From IMG/VR virus record IMGVR_UViG_3300023371_004649: a DNA stretch of 64,000 nucleotides. One strand, given 5' to 3'. Below the pieces are notes generated by a model that was not told where the DNA came from, made no database searches, and saw only the letters and a program-made list of their open reading frames with translations. The number at the start of each line of letters is the position of its first letter. Position 1 is the stretch's first letter. This DNA is from a virus. Taxonomy: Duplodnaviria > Heunggongvirae > Uroviricota > Caudoviricetes. Below are positions 18,470 through 27,923 of this stretch, in pieces. The position numbers were made by a program, and so were the translations under genes.

Positions 18470-19009
18470 TTGAAAAAGATATACATAATGCTTTCGATGT
18501 CTGGCACTAAATTTTCAAAATTTTTAAGAGCCCTTAGACCAAGTTTTAAATATCCACATGTATCAATAGCTTTAGAAGAAGATTTAAACACTTCTTATAG
18601 CTTCGGAAGACAAAACTTAACAAAATGGTGGATTGCTGGTTTTGTTGAAGAGCATCCCGATACAGGAGTTTTTGGAAAATTTGACCCTAAATGCGAAATA
18701 TTAGAGGTTGAAGTAACAGACGAACAATACCAATCAATTAAAGAATTAATTGATGAATTTAAAAGAAATGTAAAAGAATATCGCTATAATTATTTTGGTT
18801 TATTTTTTTCTTATTTTAAGATTCCTAGACATCTAAACAATAAATTTACTTGCACTCAATTTGTTGCTTGGGTATTAATGCATTGTAATGTAAAAATTGT
18901 TGATAAACCAATGTCATTAATTTACCCAACTGATTATTATAAAATGCCAAAATGCAAAATTGTATATTCTGGAAAATTACACATGTATAAATCTCAGCCA
19001 AGTGCATAA
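18470..19009 (+). CDS. permuted papain-like (YiiX-like) putative hydrolase; paralog of 16131..16658
   Basis: TTG start with RBS AAAGGAGG. YPHVSIAL (His) followed by FTCTQFVAWVLM (Cys). Confidence 0.4.
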   Translation: MKKIYIMLSMSGTKFSKFLRALRPSFKYPHVSIALEEDLNTSYSFGRQNLTKWWIAGFVEEHPDTGVFGKFDPKCEILEVEVTDEQYQSIKELIDEFKRNVKEYRYNYFGLFFSYFKIPRHLNNKFTCTQFVAWVLMHCNVKIVDKPMSLIYPTDYYKMPKCKIVYSGKLHMYKSQPSA

Positions 19010-19143
19010 AACACTTGGCTTTTGTTGTGCAATATGTCTAATTTTTTGTTAGAAAAAATTTACGTTTATAATGTTTACTTTCGCAGTCTAAATATGCTAT
19101 AATACAATCATAAAAATAAAAACAACAAAGGGGCACATTTCTT

Positions 19144-19848
19144 ATGAGATTAATTATCTACGACTGCGAAAACTGTTATCACGAAAACCTAGCAAAGAAA
19201 CTATCTAAAATGCAAAAATACGAAATAGTTTTTGTAGTTGGAAAAAGACAGAATATTAAAATCAAAGAATCAGAAACAGTAACTATTTTAAAAAGTGACA
19301 AGATAGCACATAACCACGCAGATTTTATTGCTGTAACAGAATTATCTCGTCGTTTACATACTAAAAAATATCAATCGGCATGTATTATTTCAAATGATAA
19401 AGGTTTTGACGGAGCTATCAAGCTAATGAGAGAATATGGATTCTCCGTTAATAGATATGGCCCAGAAATGTTTGAAAGACGCTATAAATGCGCGTTAGAC
19501 AAAATTGATATTAACATGCCTGGAACATATAAATTAACTAAAACTCCTCAATACAGACCTAGCAGACACCTAAAAAAGTATAATATTAAGAAACCCGATA
19601 ACAAAGAAAAAATTGTTGCCAGCGCAACACATTTTATTAATAGAATATATAAAGAAACAAACAAATCTTTGGAAATCGAAGAAACACAAATTACTAAGAT
19701 GATTTATGAATCTTCTCATAAAAATCCTAAAGAAGTCGAAGCATTACTTCGCAGAAGTCATATATTAAATAATAAACGAATTGTTCTGACAGAAATAAGT
19801 ATTGATAATTTCTGCAGAGAGGCAGACAAAATTTTATCTGCAACATAA
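19144..19848 (+). CDS. NYN-domain (LabA-like, PIN-like) putative RNase
   Basis: MRLIIYDCENC at the N-terminus and CIISNDKGFDGAIKLMREYG resemble NYN/LabA motifs (D..N...SgDsDf). Confidence 0.45.
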   Translation: MRLIIYDCENCYHENLAKKLSKMQKYEIVFVVGKRQNIKIKESETVTILKSDKIAHNHADFIAVTELSRRLHTKKYQSACIISNDKGFDGAIKLMREYGFSVNRYGPEMFERRYKCALDKIDINMPGTYKLTKTPQYRPSRHLKKYNIKKPDNKEKIVASATHFINRIYKETNKSLEIEETQITKMIYESSHKNPKEVEALLRRSHILNNKRIVLTEISIDNFCREADKILSAT

Positions 19849-19861
19849 GGAGGTTCTAAAT

Positions 19862-20470
19862 TTGCTAACTTTTAAATGTAAAGAAATTATAAAAGAAGAT
19901 ATGATGGATTTTCTAGCAAAAGAATTAGAAAAGATAATGAAATCCACAGAACTTAAAACACTGGCATGTGATTATTTTGACGATGACCTATATGATAAAC
20001 TAATTAGCATTATGCAATCTACTGCAGATGGGTTTATTTTTGATTCAAATGATGAGATTGGAGAAGAGCCGTATGGATATGTAAGTACATTCTTTGAAAA
20101 ATTTTTGATGTTAATGGACGATATCAAGGAAAAGTATCCTATGGTTGAAATCGATGGATATATTTTTGTAAACGACCTTGGCTGTGCAGAATATGTCCTT
20201 CGCCAAAGAATTCATACCACATCTGAAATGGATACTGTTGAATTCATCGACCAGCTTCAGTGCCCTATTTGTGGCAAATGGATGGACACAAAAGACGTTT
20301 ATGAAGCACTATATGATATAGAGAGCGCCTTTAGAACCGAAGAAATCGATGGCGAAACATACGAAGAAGTGCTATATGCCAGTGGATACAGCAATAGCGG
20401 AAATGAGGCAACCTTTGGTCTATGCTCTATAGAATGTAAAGAAAAGCTCGAAGAATTAGAAGGATATTAA
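19862..20470 (+). CDS. hypothetical acidic protein with Cys motifs (CPICGKW..., CSIECKEK)
   Basis: TTG start after RBS AGGAGG; Zn-ribbon-like Cys pairs. Confidence 0.4.
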   Translation: MLTFKCKEIIKEDMMDFLAKELEKIMKSTELKTLACDYFDDDLYDKLISIMQSTADGFIFDSNDEIGEEPYGYVSTFFEKFLMLMDDIKEKYPMVEIDGYIFVNDLGCAEYVLRQRIHTTSEMDTVEFIDQLQCPICGKWMDTKDVYEALYDIESAFRTEEIDGETYEEVLYASGYSNSGNEATFGLCSIECKEKLEELEGY

Positions 20471-20480
20471 CATAAAAAAT

Positions 20481-20520
20481 AACCCATTCTTAATCAAAGA
20501 ATGGGTTATTTTAATTTCTT
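20481..20520. terminator. bidirectional terminator
   Basis: aacccattct-7 nt-agaatgggtt hairpin with T-runs on both sides. Confidence 0.55.
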
Positions 20521-20832
20521 GCTGATTAATTTTCCGTTGAAAAAAGTACAAGAAAAACAAAAACAATATGTAGAAAAAATATAAAGAGAAGTGGTGTCTT
20601 TGCCATTCATCCCATAAGAATAAACGTGACAAACCCATTTAGATTTTGTACCACAAACTTGTTCAACTTCTCTAAGAGTCATCCCTGATTCTATTTTTTC
20701 GAACAATTGCAATTCATACTGTTTTCTATCTTCTTCCGCCGCCCATTTAAGAAGTTTCCATACAACAAAAACAGTTATTGCCGAAAAAATAAAAATCCCA
20801 AGAAGAGTAATTTTAATAGGAATTGTTATCAT
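20506..20832 (-). CDS. membrane-anchored hypothetical protein (108 aa)
   Basis: ATGA overlap with the upstream gene; N-terminal TM helix. Confidence 0.4.
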   Translation of the reverse strand: MITIPIKITLLGIFIFSAITVFVVWKLLKWAAEEDRKQYELQLFEKIESGMTLREVEQVCGTKSKWVCHVYSYGMNGKDTTSLYIFSTYCFCFSCTFFNGKLISKKLK

Positions 20833-21032
20833 TCGAAGATTGGATGCTCGGTATCTACAGGGAAAGAAACAACCCTGAGCTTACGAGGGTCACCATTATT
20901 CCTTGCATTAGTAACGGCGGCAGATGCGGCGTTCTTTTTGATATAAAAAGGATTTGCTCTTTTATTTACCCCATATCCAACAAGGGCAATTTCATTTTTC
21001 TCTTCATCCCAAACAGCAAAAATCTTAGTCAT
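20829..21032 (-). CDS. hypothetical small protein (67 aa)
   Basis: RBS AGGAGGATAT; lies in an operon with the GIY-YIG gene. Confidence 0.4.
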   Translation of the reverse strand: MTKIFAVWDEEKNEIALVGYGVNKRANPFYIKKNAASAAVTNARNNGDPRKLRVVSFPVDTEHPIFE

Positions 21033-21045
21033 ATATCCTCCTTAA

Positions 21046-21663
21046 TTATGCGGCGTACTGCCATCTATATCCATAAGCACTTTTTCTCTTGCCACGACAA
21101 ACCTTAGAAATATGCCCAGAATTAACTCCAGAAACAATCATTTCTGCTTCGTGACAAGAATTATATGTACGAATAACTTCCCCGTCTAGAGTTAGCTGAA
21201 TAACGGAAGTAGAGTTATTTTTCATTACACTCTGAGAGCTCTCAATCTCGATATTGTTTTGTTTCATAATATTTCTCATAGTTTTAGGGGAGATGTTGAA
21301 ATGGTCACAAGTTTCAGAGAAGTTATGATTACCATAAAACTTTTTTAACTCATCAATATCAACGAATACATAAGCTCTACCATCTCCACCAAGAGTTTCG
21401 TTATAACCGTTACTATATGTATGAAGAAGATTAATCCAATATGCTTCACGTTCAGCAGTATTTTCAGTTTCTTCAATTACGGAGAACTCAAAATTTTCTA
21501 CTCCATATTTTTTCATTGCACGATAAAGAGCTCGATTTTTACAATCTTCTCGATTGATGGCTCTCAAATGCTCATTCCATCGACGATTAACATTGAAATA
21601 ATCCGTCTTCCCAATATACATTTTGTGATTTAGCATGTTTTCAATCTTATAAATGTAGCCCAT
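21046..21663 (-). CDS. free-standing GIY-YIG homing endonuclease (Seg/I-TevI-like)
   Basis: MGYIYKIEN...KMYIGKT and NGYN..LGGDG motifs; C-terminal DNA-binding region AYGYRWQY. Confidence 0.7.
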   Translation of the reverse strand: MGYIYKIENMLNHKMYIGKTDYFNVNRRWNEHLRAINREDCKNRALYRAMKKYGVENFEFSVIEETENTAEREAYWINLLHTYSNGYNETLGGDGRAYVFVDIDELKKFYGNHNFSETCDHFNISPKTMRNIMKQNNIEIESSQSVMKNNSTSVIQLTLDGEVIRTYNSCHEAEMIVSGVNSGHISKVCRGKRKSAYGYRWQYAA

Positions 21664-21678
21664 AAATCTCTTCCCCTC

Positions 21679-21879
21679 TTATTCTACAACAGCAACCTCT
21701 CTCATTTCAATCCTTACAATGTGGTAGCCTTCTTTTTCAAACTTTTGATAGTTGCTTTCAGCGGCTTCCTTACATCTCTTAATAGATGTATAAATCATTG
21801 CCTTTCGAAGCTGGTCGCCCCAGGTGTTATAGCCATAATAGTAAGTACCATCAGTAAATTTAACTACAAACATATTCAA
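21679..21879 (-). CDS. hypothetical small protein (66 aa); first gene of the GIY-YIG operon
   Basis: Conserved promoter on the minus strand at about 21895-21915. Confidence 0.4.
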   Translation of the reverse strand: MNMFVVKFTDGTYYYGYNTWGDQLRKAMIYTSIKRCKEAAESNYQKFEKEGYHIVRIEMREVAVVE

Positions 21880-22013
21880 ACTCTCCCTTGTTTTTTCTTG
21901 TTTATATTATAACATATTTTTATACAAAAGACAAGTTTTTCAAAGAAATTTCAGTAATTTTCAAACAAAAAATCAGGTTATTTAGATAATAAAAATGAGG
22001 CGATTTCTCGCCT

Positions 22014-22153
22014 CATAGAGTCGCCTCAGCGACAATAATATCGTAGTGTTTCCCCGTATCTCTATCAACTACACATAGAGTATGGTCATCACCCTCAACT
22101 ACTTTATATCGATTAGATAGCGCCATATCGATAGCTTCCAACAGTTCCTGCAT
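22014..22153 (-). CDS. hypothetical small protein (46 aa), absent from the ORF track
   Basis: RBS GGAAGGAG, conserved promoter upstream (22186-22200, minus) and a terminator hairpin downstream. Confidence 0.35.
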
Positions 22154-22340
22154 AATAATAACTCCTTCCAATATTTTAGTACTTATATTATAACATATTT
22201 AAATTGAAAAATCTAGATTTTGAAAAAATTTGCCCATTATTAGTAGAACCCTTTAACTCGAACAACCATTCAGTTTTGGATGTAAATTCAGTATCTATTT
22301 TTGTATAATAACTATATATAGATAGAAAGGAGGATATCCT

Positions 22341-23231
22341 ATGAACCTTAAAGATGATGAACCAGGAAAAAAATATAGAACAATAAATGGTGCGCATGTT
22401 TTAAGAAAAAAAGTTATTGGTTATTGTGCAAATAGAATACACAGAGGATATCTAACAAAAGATATGATGGAAAGTCACGACTGTATTCACAAACAATGCC
22501 CCTTTCTTGTAAAAAGAGAAGACCATAATTTCTGGATACAAAGAGAACTTTATAGGGAAGAAAAAAGAAAGACAAAGAAGGAAAAGAAATATTGGGAAGA
22601 AAAAGAAGAAGACGTCATGTATTACGTCAGAAATTTAACTAAAAATCTAAAAAATTTTTGTATAACTGGCGCAATGAAAAAAGATAAAATAATAGAAATC
22701 AGATATGTTTCTTTTGAACCATTTGATGTAGAAATTTATGAATTTATGACAGAAAGAGCACTAGAAATAGATTGTAAGTTAGTCCCTATTATAGCAGATG
22801 ACAATAGGAAATGGGAACTGTTAAATATCTTTAATATTGATAACCCTAAATATTTAAGAGAAAACACAGATATAGAACTCTTAACAAAGGAAGAAGTTCT
22901 TGAGATAAAAGAAATTATCAGACAACAAGAAAAACAGTTAGAAGAAGAAAAGAAAAATTTAATTATGGAAAAGAAAAAACTAAAAGAAGAAGAAAAACGT
23001 TTAAAAGAAATTGAAAAACAAAAACAAAAAGAAGCGTTAAAACACAAAGCAAAAAGAACTCCCAACCCCAACAAAGGCAAAAAAGTAAGAGGTTATAAAG
23101 GATTCCCCTTGAATTATGTCCCACCTCAGAAAGCAAATAACATGTCTGAAGTTTTGGGAATAAAACAAACAAATTTCGAAAACATAGATTTTGAAATTGT
23201 AGATATTTCAGATAGTTCAATCTTAAACTAA
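22341..23231 (+). CDS. paralog family A: N-terminal Cys/His module (C..HRGYLTK..M..H.CI.K.C) plus a KE-rich coiled coil
   Basis: Shares the CANRIHRGYLTKDMMESHDCIHKQC N-terminal module with 28152..28829. Confidence 0.45.
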   Translation: MNLKDDEPGKKYRTINGAHVLRKKVIGYCANRIHRGYLTKDMMESHDCIHKQCPFLVKREDHNFWIQRELYREEKRKTKKEKKYWEEKEEDVMYYVRNLTKNLKNFCITGAMKKDKIIEIRYVSFEPFDVEIYEFMTERALEIDCKLVPIIADDNRKWELLNIFNIDNPKYLRENTDIELLTKEEVLEIKEIIRQQEKQLEEEKKNLIMEKKKLKEEEKRLKEIEKQKQKEALKHKAKRTPNPNKGKKVRGYKGFPLNYVPPQKANNMSEVLGIKQTNFENIDFEIVDISDSSILN

Positions 23232-23334
23232 AAATAATGAATAAACACAATATTTTTCTCTATAACCCCTTTCTTTTTCGAATATAATATGTTATAATAT
23301 ATACATTGAAACAAAAAAGGAGATGTTACGTATT

Positions 23335-24453
23335 ATGAAAAAGAAACTAGCGCTAATTTTAGCTTCCATAATGATTATTTCTTCTCTCTGTGGATGTAGT
23401 AAAGAAACAACCAACACAGTTGTTGAGATATTAAAGGAACCAGAAATTATTGACCAATATTATGAAGATTATACTCAAGATTGGCCTGATGCGGTTAAAG
23501 ATGTTGTAGATGATGTTTGGAACGAGTTTTCAACAGTTGTTACCACCCCAGATTATACTCCGCCTGCCGAAAAAGAATATATCGCCCCTGATGAAAAACC
23601 CGTAAAAGACAAAGAGGAAAATTCTAAACCTCAAAACAATACGGATAATAAAGACACTAAAGGCGATTATTCCAATTTAGAAGTACATTTTATTGATGTG
23701 GGTCAAGCCGATTGTGTCCTTCTAATCGACGGAGAAGATGTAATGATGATTGACGCTGGTAATAATGGTGATGACGATGTAATTGTCCAATATCTTGAAA
23801 ACTTAAATATTGACACTATTGACCATTTTGTTTTAACTCATCCCCACGAAGACCACATTGGCTCAGCAGATGTAGTTATTGACACATTTAACGTTGAAAA
23901 CCTTTATATGACAGAATACCCCGCAACCTCTAAAACTTATAAAGATGTAATAACAGCTATAAATAACAATGCAATAGCCCCTCATTATGTTGAACAGCCT
24001 ATTAATTTTGAATTTGGAGATGCTATAATCGATATGTATCCTCCATATGACATTAACACAAAAGAAGTAAATGATAGTTCAATTTTAGTAAAAGTAACTC
24101 ATGGAGAAGATACAATGTTATTCTCAGGAGATACAGAGTTCGCCGCAGAAAAAGAACTTTTGACTATGGGTTATGATTTAACTGTCGACTTATTTAAGGC
24201 AAACCATCATGGTAGTGGAGGTTCAAACTCTTATGTATGGTTGAAAGAACTTAACCCAAGATATGTTGTAATCCAGTGTGGAGAGGGTAACACATATGGA
24301 CACCCTCACGAAGAAGCAATGAGCCGATTTAATGATGTTGGCGCGATTATTTATAGAAACGATACTATGGGCACAATCGTTGCTACAAGCTCTGGAAATG
24401 GAATCACTTTTGACAAAGAAGGAATTCAGCCTACCAGAGAACATACTAACTAA
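23335..24453 (+). CDS. metallo-beta-lactamase-fold hydrolase lipoprotein (ComEC C-terminal-domain-like)
   Basis: Lipobox SLCGCS; LTHPHEDHIG (HxHxDH). Confidence 0.55.
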   Translation: MKKKLALILASIMIISSLCGCSKETTNTVVEILKEPEIIDQYYEDYTQDWPDAVKDVVDDVWNEFSTVVTTPDYTPPAEKEYIAPDEKPVKDKEENSKPQNNTDNKDTKGDYSNLEVHFIDVGQADCVLLIDGEDVMMIDAGNNGDDDVIVQYLENLNIDTIDHFVLTHPHEDHIGSADVVIDTFNVENLYMTEYPATSKTYKDVITAINNNAIAPHYVEQPINFEFGDAIIDMYPPYDINTKEVNDSSILVKVTHGEDTMLFSGDTEFAAEKELLTMGYDLTVDLFKANHHGSGGSNSYVWLKELNPRYVVIQCGEGNTYGHPHEEAMSRFNDVGAIIYRNDTMGTIVATSSGNGITFDKEGIQPTREHTN

Positions 24454-24457
24454 CAGC

Positions 24458-24490
24458 AAATGGCCCGCATAAAGCGGGCCATTTATCTTT
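24458..24490 (+). terminator. rho-independent terminator
   Basis: aaatggcccgc-ataaa-gcgggccattt hairpin. Confidence 0.55.
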
Positions 24491-24508
24491 ATAGAAAGGA
24501 GAAATAAT

Positions 24509-25360
24509 ATGCGTTTAAAACCACTAAATTTCTTAGCAATCACTATTGCTGGCATAATTAATGCAATTGGTGTTTGTATGTTCATGGCTCCTGTTGGATT
24601 ATACGACGGTGGCATATCAGGAACATCTATGTTGCTATCAAATGTTACTCCTTTATCATTATCAATTTTCTTGATTATTTTGAATATACCTCTTTTTTTA
24701 TTTGGTTTTAAAAGTCAAGGCGGAATCTTTACACTATATTCTTTATATGCTGTTTCTATTTATTCAGTATCTTCATATATAATTAACACATATTTCGTAT
24801 ATGGAAATTATTCTCCTTTTGTAGGTAATGATTTGCTTTTATGTGCAATATTCGGCGGAATATTATCAGGTATTGGTAGTGGATTGGTTATCAGATTTGG
24901 TGGAGCAATTGATGGCATAGAAGTTATGTCCGTAATTTTTGCAAAGCGTTTAGGATTAACAGTTGGAACCTTTGTAATGATATACAATATCCTTATTTAT
25001 TTAATAGCTGCGGTTATTATACATACATGGATTTTACCACTATATTCTATTCTTACATATATGGCAACTTTAAAAACCATAGACTTTGTAGTTGAAGGTT
25101 TAGATAAAGCAAAGTCAGCAATTATAATTACCACTGAAGCCAATAAAATTTGTGAAATTCTCTCAAAAGAATTTGGAAGCGGAATTACTTTAGTAGATGC
25201 CAAAGGATATTATTCTGGTTCTAATAAGAAAATGATATATTTTGTAGTAAATAGATTCCAAATTGGGAAATTAAAAAATATAGTACACGACATAGATGAA
25301 AACGCATATATTTCAATAACAGAAGTAAGTGATGTGTTTGGCTCAGGTTCTAGAAGATAA
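24509..25360 (+). CDS. YitT-family membrane protein (DUF161 plus DUF2179)
   Basis: N-terminus AITIAGIINAIGVCMFMAPVGLYDGGISG and a C-terminal DUF2179-like domain. Confidence 0.6.
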   Translation: MRLKPLNFLAITIAGIINAIGVCMFMAPVGLYDGGISGTSMLLSNVTPLSLSIFLIILNIPLFLFGFKSQGGIFTLYSLYAVSIYSVSSYIINTYFVYGNYSPFVGNDLLLCAIFGGILSGIGSGLVIRFGGAIDGIEVMSVIFAKRLGLTVGTFVMIYNILIYLIAAVIIHTWILPLYSILTYMATLKTIDFVVEGLDKAKSAIIITTEANKICEILSKEFGSGITLVDAKGYYSGSNKKMIYFVVNRFQIGKLKNIVHDIDENAYISITEVSDVFGSGSRR

Positions 25361-25372
25361 GGAGATGTTTCG

Positions 25373-25690
25373 ATGAAATATTTTTCAACCACAGAATTGG
25401 TTTCAGAATTGACAAAAAAAATGAAAGAAGATTACAACGTAGATAATATTTTTTGTCAGGTATTCCCACAGCTATGGGGTTCTACTGCGTTAGGATACAA
25501 CGGAATTGGTGGTTCCGCAATGACAACAGCAGATACGATTGTTATATTTATTGAAAATGGACCCGCTCGAGTATATTTTGCGTCCAATAACTTGGCATAT
25601 GAAATTGAAAACCCGAATACTTTATTTTGGAAAGACATTTACAATAGAAATTTGAGACCTCAAGGAGAGGAACATTTATATAACAACTAA
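25373..25690 (+). CDS. hypothetical protein (105 aa)
   Basis: RBS GGAGATG; terminator follows. Confidence 0.4.
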   Translation: MKYFSTTELVSELTKKMKEDYNVDNIFCQVFPQLWGSTALGYNGIGGSAMTTADTIVIFIENGPARVYFASNNLAYEIENPNTLFWKDIYNRNLRPQGEEHLYNN

Positions 25691-25691
25691 A

Positions 25692-25728
25692 AAAATACTG
25701 AGTCATATATGACTCAGTATTTTTTATT
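25692..25728. terminator. bidirectional terminator
   Basis: aatactgagtcatatatgactcagtatt palindrome followed by a T-run. Confidence 0.55.
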
Positions 25729-26278
25729 TCTTAAATTCCATTTTTTCAAGGTTTTTATCATTCATAAAAGCATCATGCGCAACTTCTGCAGAAGACTTAA
25801 TTTTTACCTTACGAAGATTTTCACAATTAGCAAAAGACTGAGTTTCTACAGTATCAATATTCCCCACAATTGATAGTTTTTCCAGTGCATCACAACCATC
25901 AAATGCATGTGCAAATATCTGAACTAATGTTTTTGGCAACATAACATTTTTCAAATTAATACAGTTAGCAAACGCATAATCTTGAATCATAATAATGCCA
26001 TTAGAAATAATAACCGTAGAAATATCGAGCCCAGCGAAAGCCTGCGGCCCAATACCGTATATATGCTGCCCCTTAATAACATGAGGAATTTTTAAAACAT
26101 TTTTAATATTCTTTTTGCCGTATTCAGTAAGCCCAACAATATTACTTCCATCAACAACAAAGAAATCTGGTTTAGGAGCTTCTTTCTTCTTTTTAACAGT
26201 GCAACCAATTATGGCAGCAGAAATCCCAAGACCAATAGTTACTCCAGCGGTTAATGCGACACTTGTTTTTTTATCCAT
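25724..26278 (-). CDS. membrane-anchored BspA-type leucine-rich-repeat (LRR_5) protein
   Basis: Repeats AFxxCxxLxxVxLPxTL.xIxxxAF. ATG at 26278 with a GGAGG RBS, then a TM segment. Confidence 0.5.
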   Translation of the reverse strand: MDKKTSVALTAGVTIGLGISAAIIGCTVKKKKEAPKPDFFVVDGSNIVGLTEYGKKNIKNVLKIPHVIKGQHIYGIGPQAFAGLDISTVIISNGIIMIQDYAFANCINLKNVMLPKTLVQIFAHAFDGCDALEKLSIVGNIDTVETQSFANCENLRKVKIKSSAEVAHDAFMNDKNLEKMEFKK

Positions 26279-26382
26279 TTTAATCGCCTCCTTCTTTATA
26301 ATATATTTGAAATTTATTATTTTTAAATATAAAAAATATCGAAGAAAAGAAAAATCCTTGCCCGAAAGCAAGGATGCGTGGA

Positions 26383-26658
26383 TTAATTTTCTTCATCAAT
26401 GCAACCACAACTGATGAGTTGCCCGCCACAAACGGGACAACGTTCCATATCACAGCCAGGGTGATGATAATGACCTCGAGTAGCGCCACAATCTCCACAG
26501 CGCTCGGATTCGGTTTCATAGAAATAAGAATCTTCGAAATCATCATTCGCACAACCCATTTTGATAGGTTCGTACTCCTTTCCGTTATGCTTAATAGGAA
26601 TTCGAACACATCCCTTTGCGGTCAACATATCTTTCCCACAATATTCGCACTTTGCCAT
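26383..26658 (-). CDS. Cys-rich zinc-ribbon protein (91 aa)
   Basis: CEYCGK...CGDCG...CPVCGG..CGC; RBS GGGAGGAA; terminator downstream. Confidence 0.45.
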   Translation of the reverse strand: MAKCEYCGKDMLTAKGCVRIPIKHNGKEYEPIKMGCANDDFEDSYFYETESERCGDCGATRGHYHHPGCDMERCPVCGGQLISCGCIDEEN

Positions 26659-26740
26659 AATATATTCCTCCCTTGTTTTATTTTCTAAGTAGTGCTAATG
26701 AATTATATTATTTTTTTAGTTAAAGAAAAACCTAAAAACA

Positions 26741-27241
26741 TTATTTTGGCTTTTTATTATAAGTAGAACCTTCCCGAGACAATCTTTTTCTAAAAGGCTT
26801 TTCAAAAGGTCTTCTTATTTTAACTAATATCCCTTCTTCTTTAGTCATGGGGTCGACTAAAGCTAGTCTTACCCCGCACCGAGCTCCACAAAGCATATCA
26901 GTAAAAATTTGGTCTCCAACAAAAAGCACCTCTTCAGGTTTATACTGACTATATCTCAAAAATCTTTTCAGTTCGCCAGGAAAAGGCTTATGCCCGCTAT
27001 CAAAATATTTAGTATCTAAAGATATTGCAAATTTAATGATTCTAGGCATAATATTATTGGAATAGAGGAATATGGTATATCCTTTTTCTTTTAAATTTTT
27101 CATATATTTTTTTACTTCATCACCAGGATGTCTAATCCTGGGAGAAGCTAAAGTATTATCAATATCAAATATCAATACTTTAACATCTGGATATAACGAA
27201 TAATCTATATCAAAAATGGATTTAAAATAATTAATGCGCAC
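26741..27241 (-). CDS. HAD-superfamily phosphatase (YqeG/IIIA-type); putative 3'-phosphatase partner of the adjacent kinase
   Basis: GTG start with RBS AGGAGG; VLIFDIDNTLA (motif I) and GDQIFTD; compare T4 Pnk phosphatase VIFDVDGTLA. Confidence 0.55.
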   Translation of the reverse strand: MRINYFKSIFDIDYSLYPDVKVLIFDIDNTLASPRIRHPGDEVKKYMKNLKEKGYTIFLYSNNIMPRIIKFAISLDTKYFDSGHKPFPGELKRFLRYSQYKPEEVLFVGDQIFTDMLCGARCGVRLALVDPMTKEEGILVKIRRPFEKPFRKRLSREGSTYNKKPK

Positions 27242-27347
27242 AATAATGCACCTCCTGTATATATTATTATACAACCATTTTCTAAGAACAACTGTTTTTA
27301 TGGTTTTAGAAAAATAAAAGCTCCGTCCCGAAGGAAGGAGCTAATAA

Positions 27348-27836
27348 TCAGTTGTCGGTGTTATGTACGACCAGGACATACCAGTCTTCGGGAACGAAGT
27401 TCACGAACTTGTGGTACATTTTGCGAACAACATCCTCAGGCACGTTCTTATAACCACGCTCGGTATTACGCTTGAGCAAGGTTTCCAGGCTACACTCGAA
27501 GCGGTGAACTTCAACGGAATAGCCATACTTCTGAGCCAGATTTTTCACCAGCTCCAGAGAACGAGCATCGAGATGGGTATTGTCCAGAACGGTGTAAGCG
27601 CCAGCCATCATTCGGGTTTCCACCATGCGGCGGTAAATCTCGAAAACGGTCTTGTTATAATCCTGAGAAATTCGAATGGGATTACCATCCTTGTCTCTCA
27701 CGATAGCGCCACACATCTCACGAATAGCGTCCATAGAGAGAACGCAATCATCACCGTACATCGCCTTCTGAATCTGAGCCTCGGTGCTCTTACCAGCAGC
27801 AGCAACACCAGAAAAAACAACGACTTTCTTTTCCAT
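27348..27836 (-). CDS. polynucleotide 5'-kinase-like P-loop kinase (T4 Pnk kinase-domain-like)
   Basis: Walker A GVAAAGKST. TVLDNTHLDARSLELVKNLAQKYGYSVEVHRFECSLETLLKRNTERGYKNVPEDVVRKMYHKF closely parallels T4 Pnk [47 protein letters not shown]. Confidence 0.55.
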   Translation of the reverse strand: MEKKVVVFSGVAAAGKSTEAQIQKAMYGDDCVLSMDAIREMCGAIVRDKDGNPIRISQDYNKTVFEIYRRMVETRMMAGAYTVLDNTHLDARSLELVKNLAQKYGYSVEVHRFECSLETLLKRNTERGYKNVPEDVVRKMYHKFVNFVPEDWYVLVVHNTDN

Positions 27837-27923
27837 TGAATATTCCTCCTCATTTGTTTAAAACCTTTTTATGGAAACTTAATATTATTATATAATTTTT
27901 GTTTTCAAAAAACAATGTGTATC

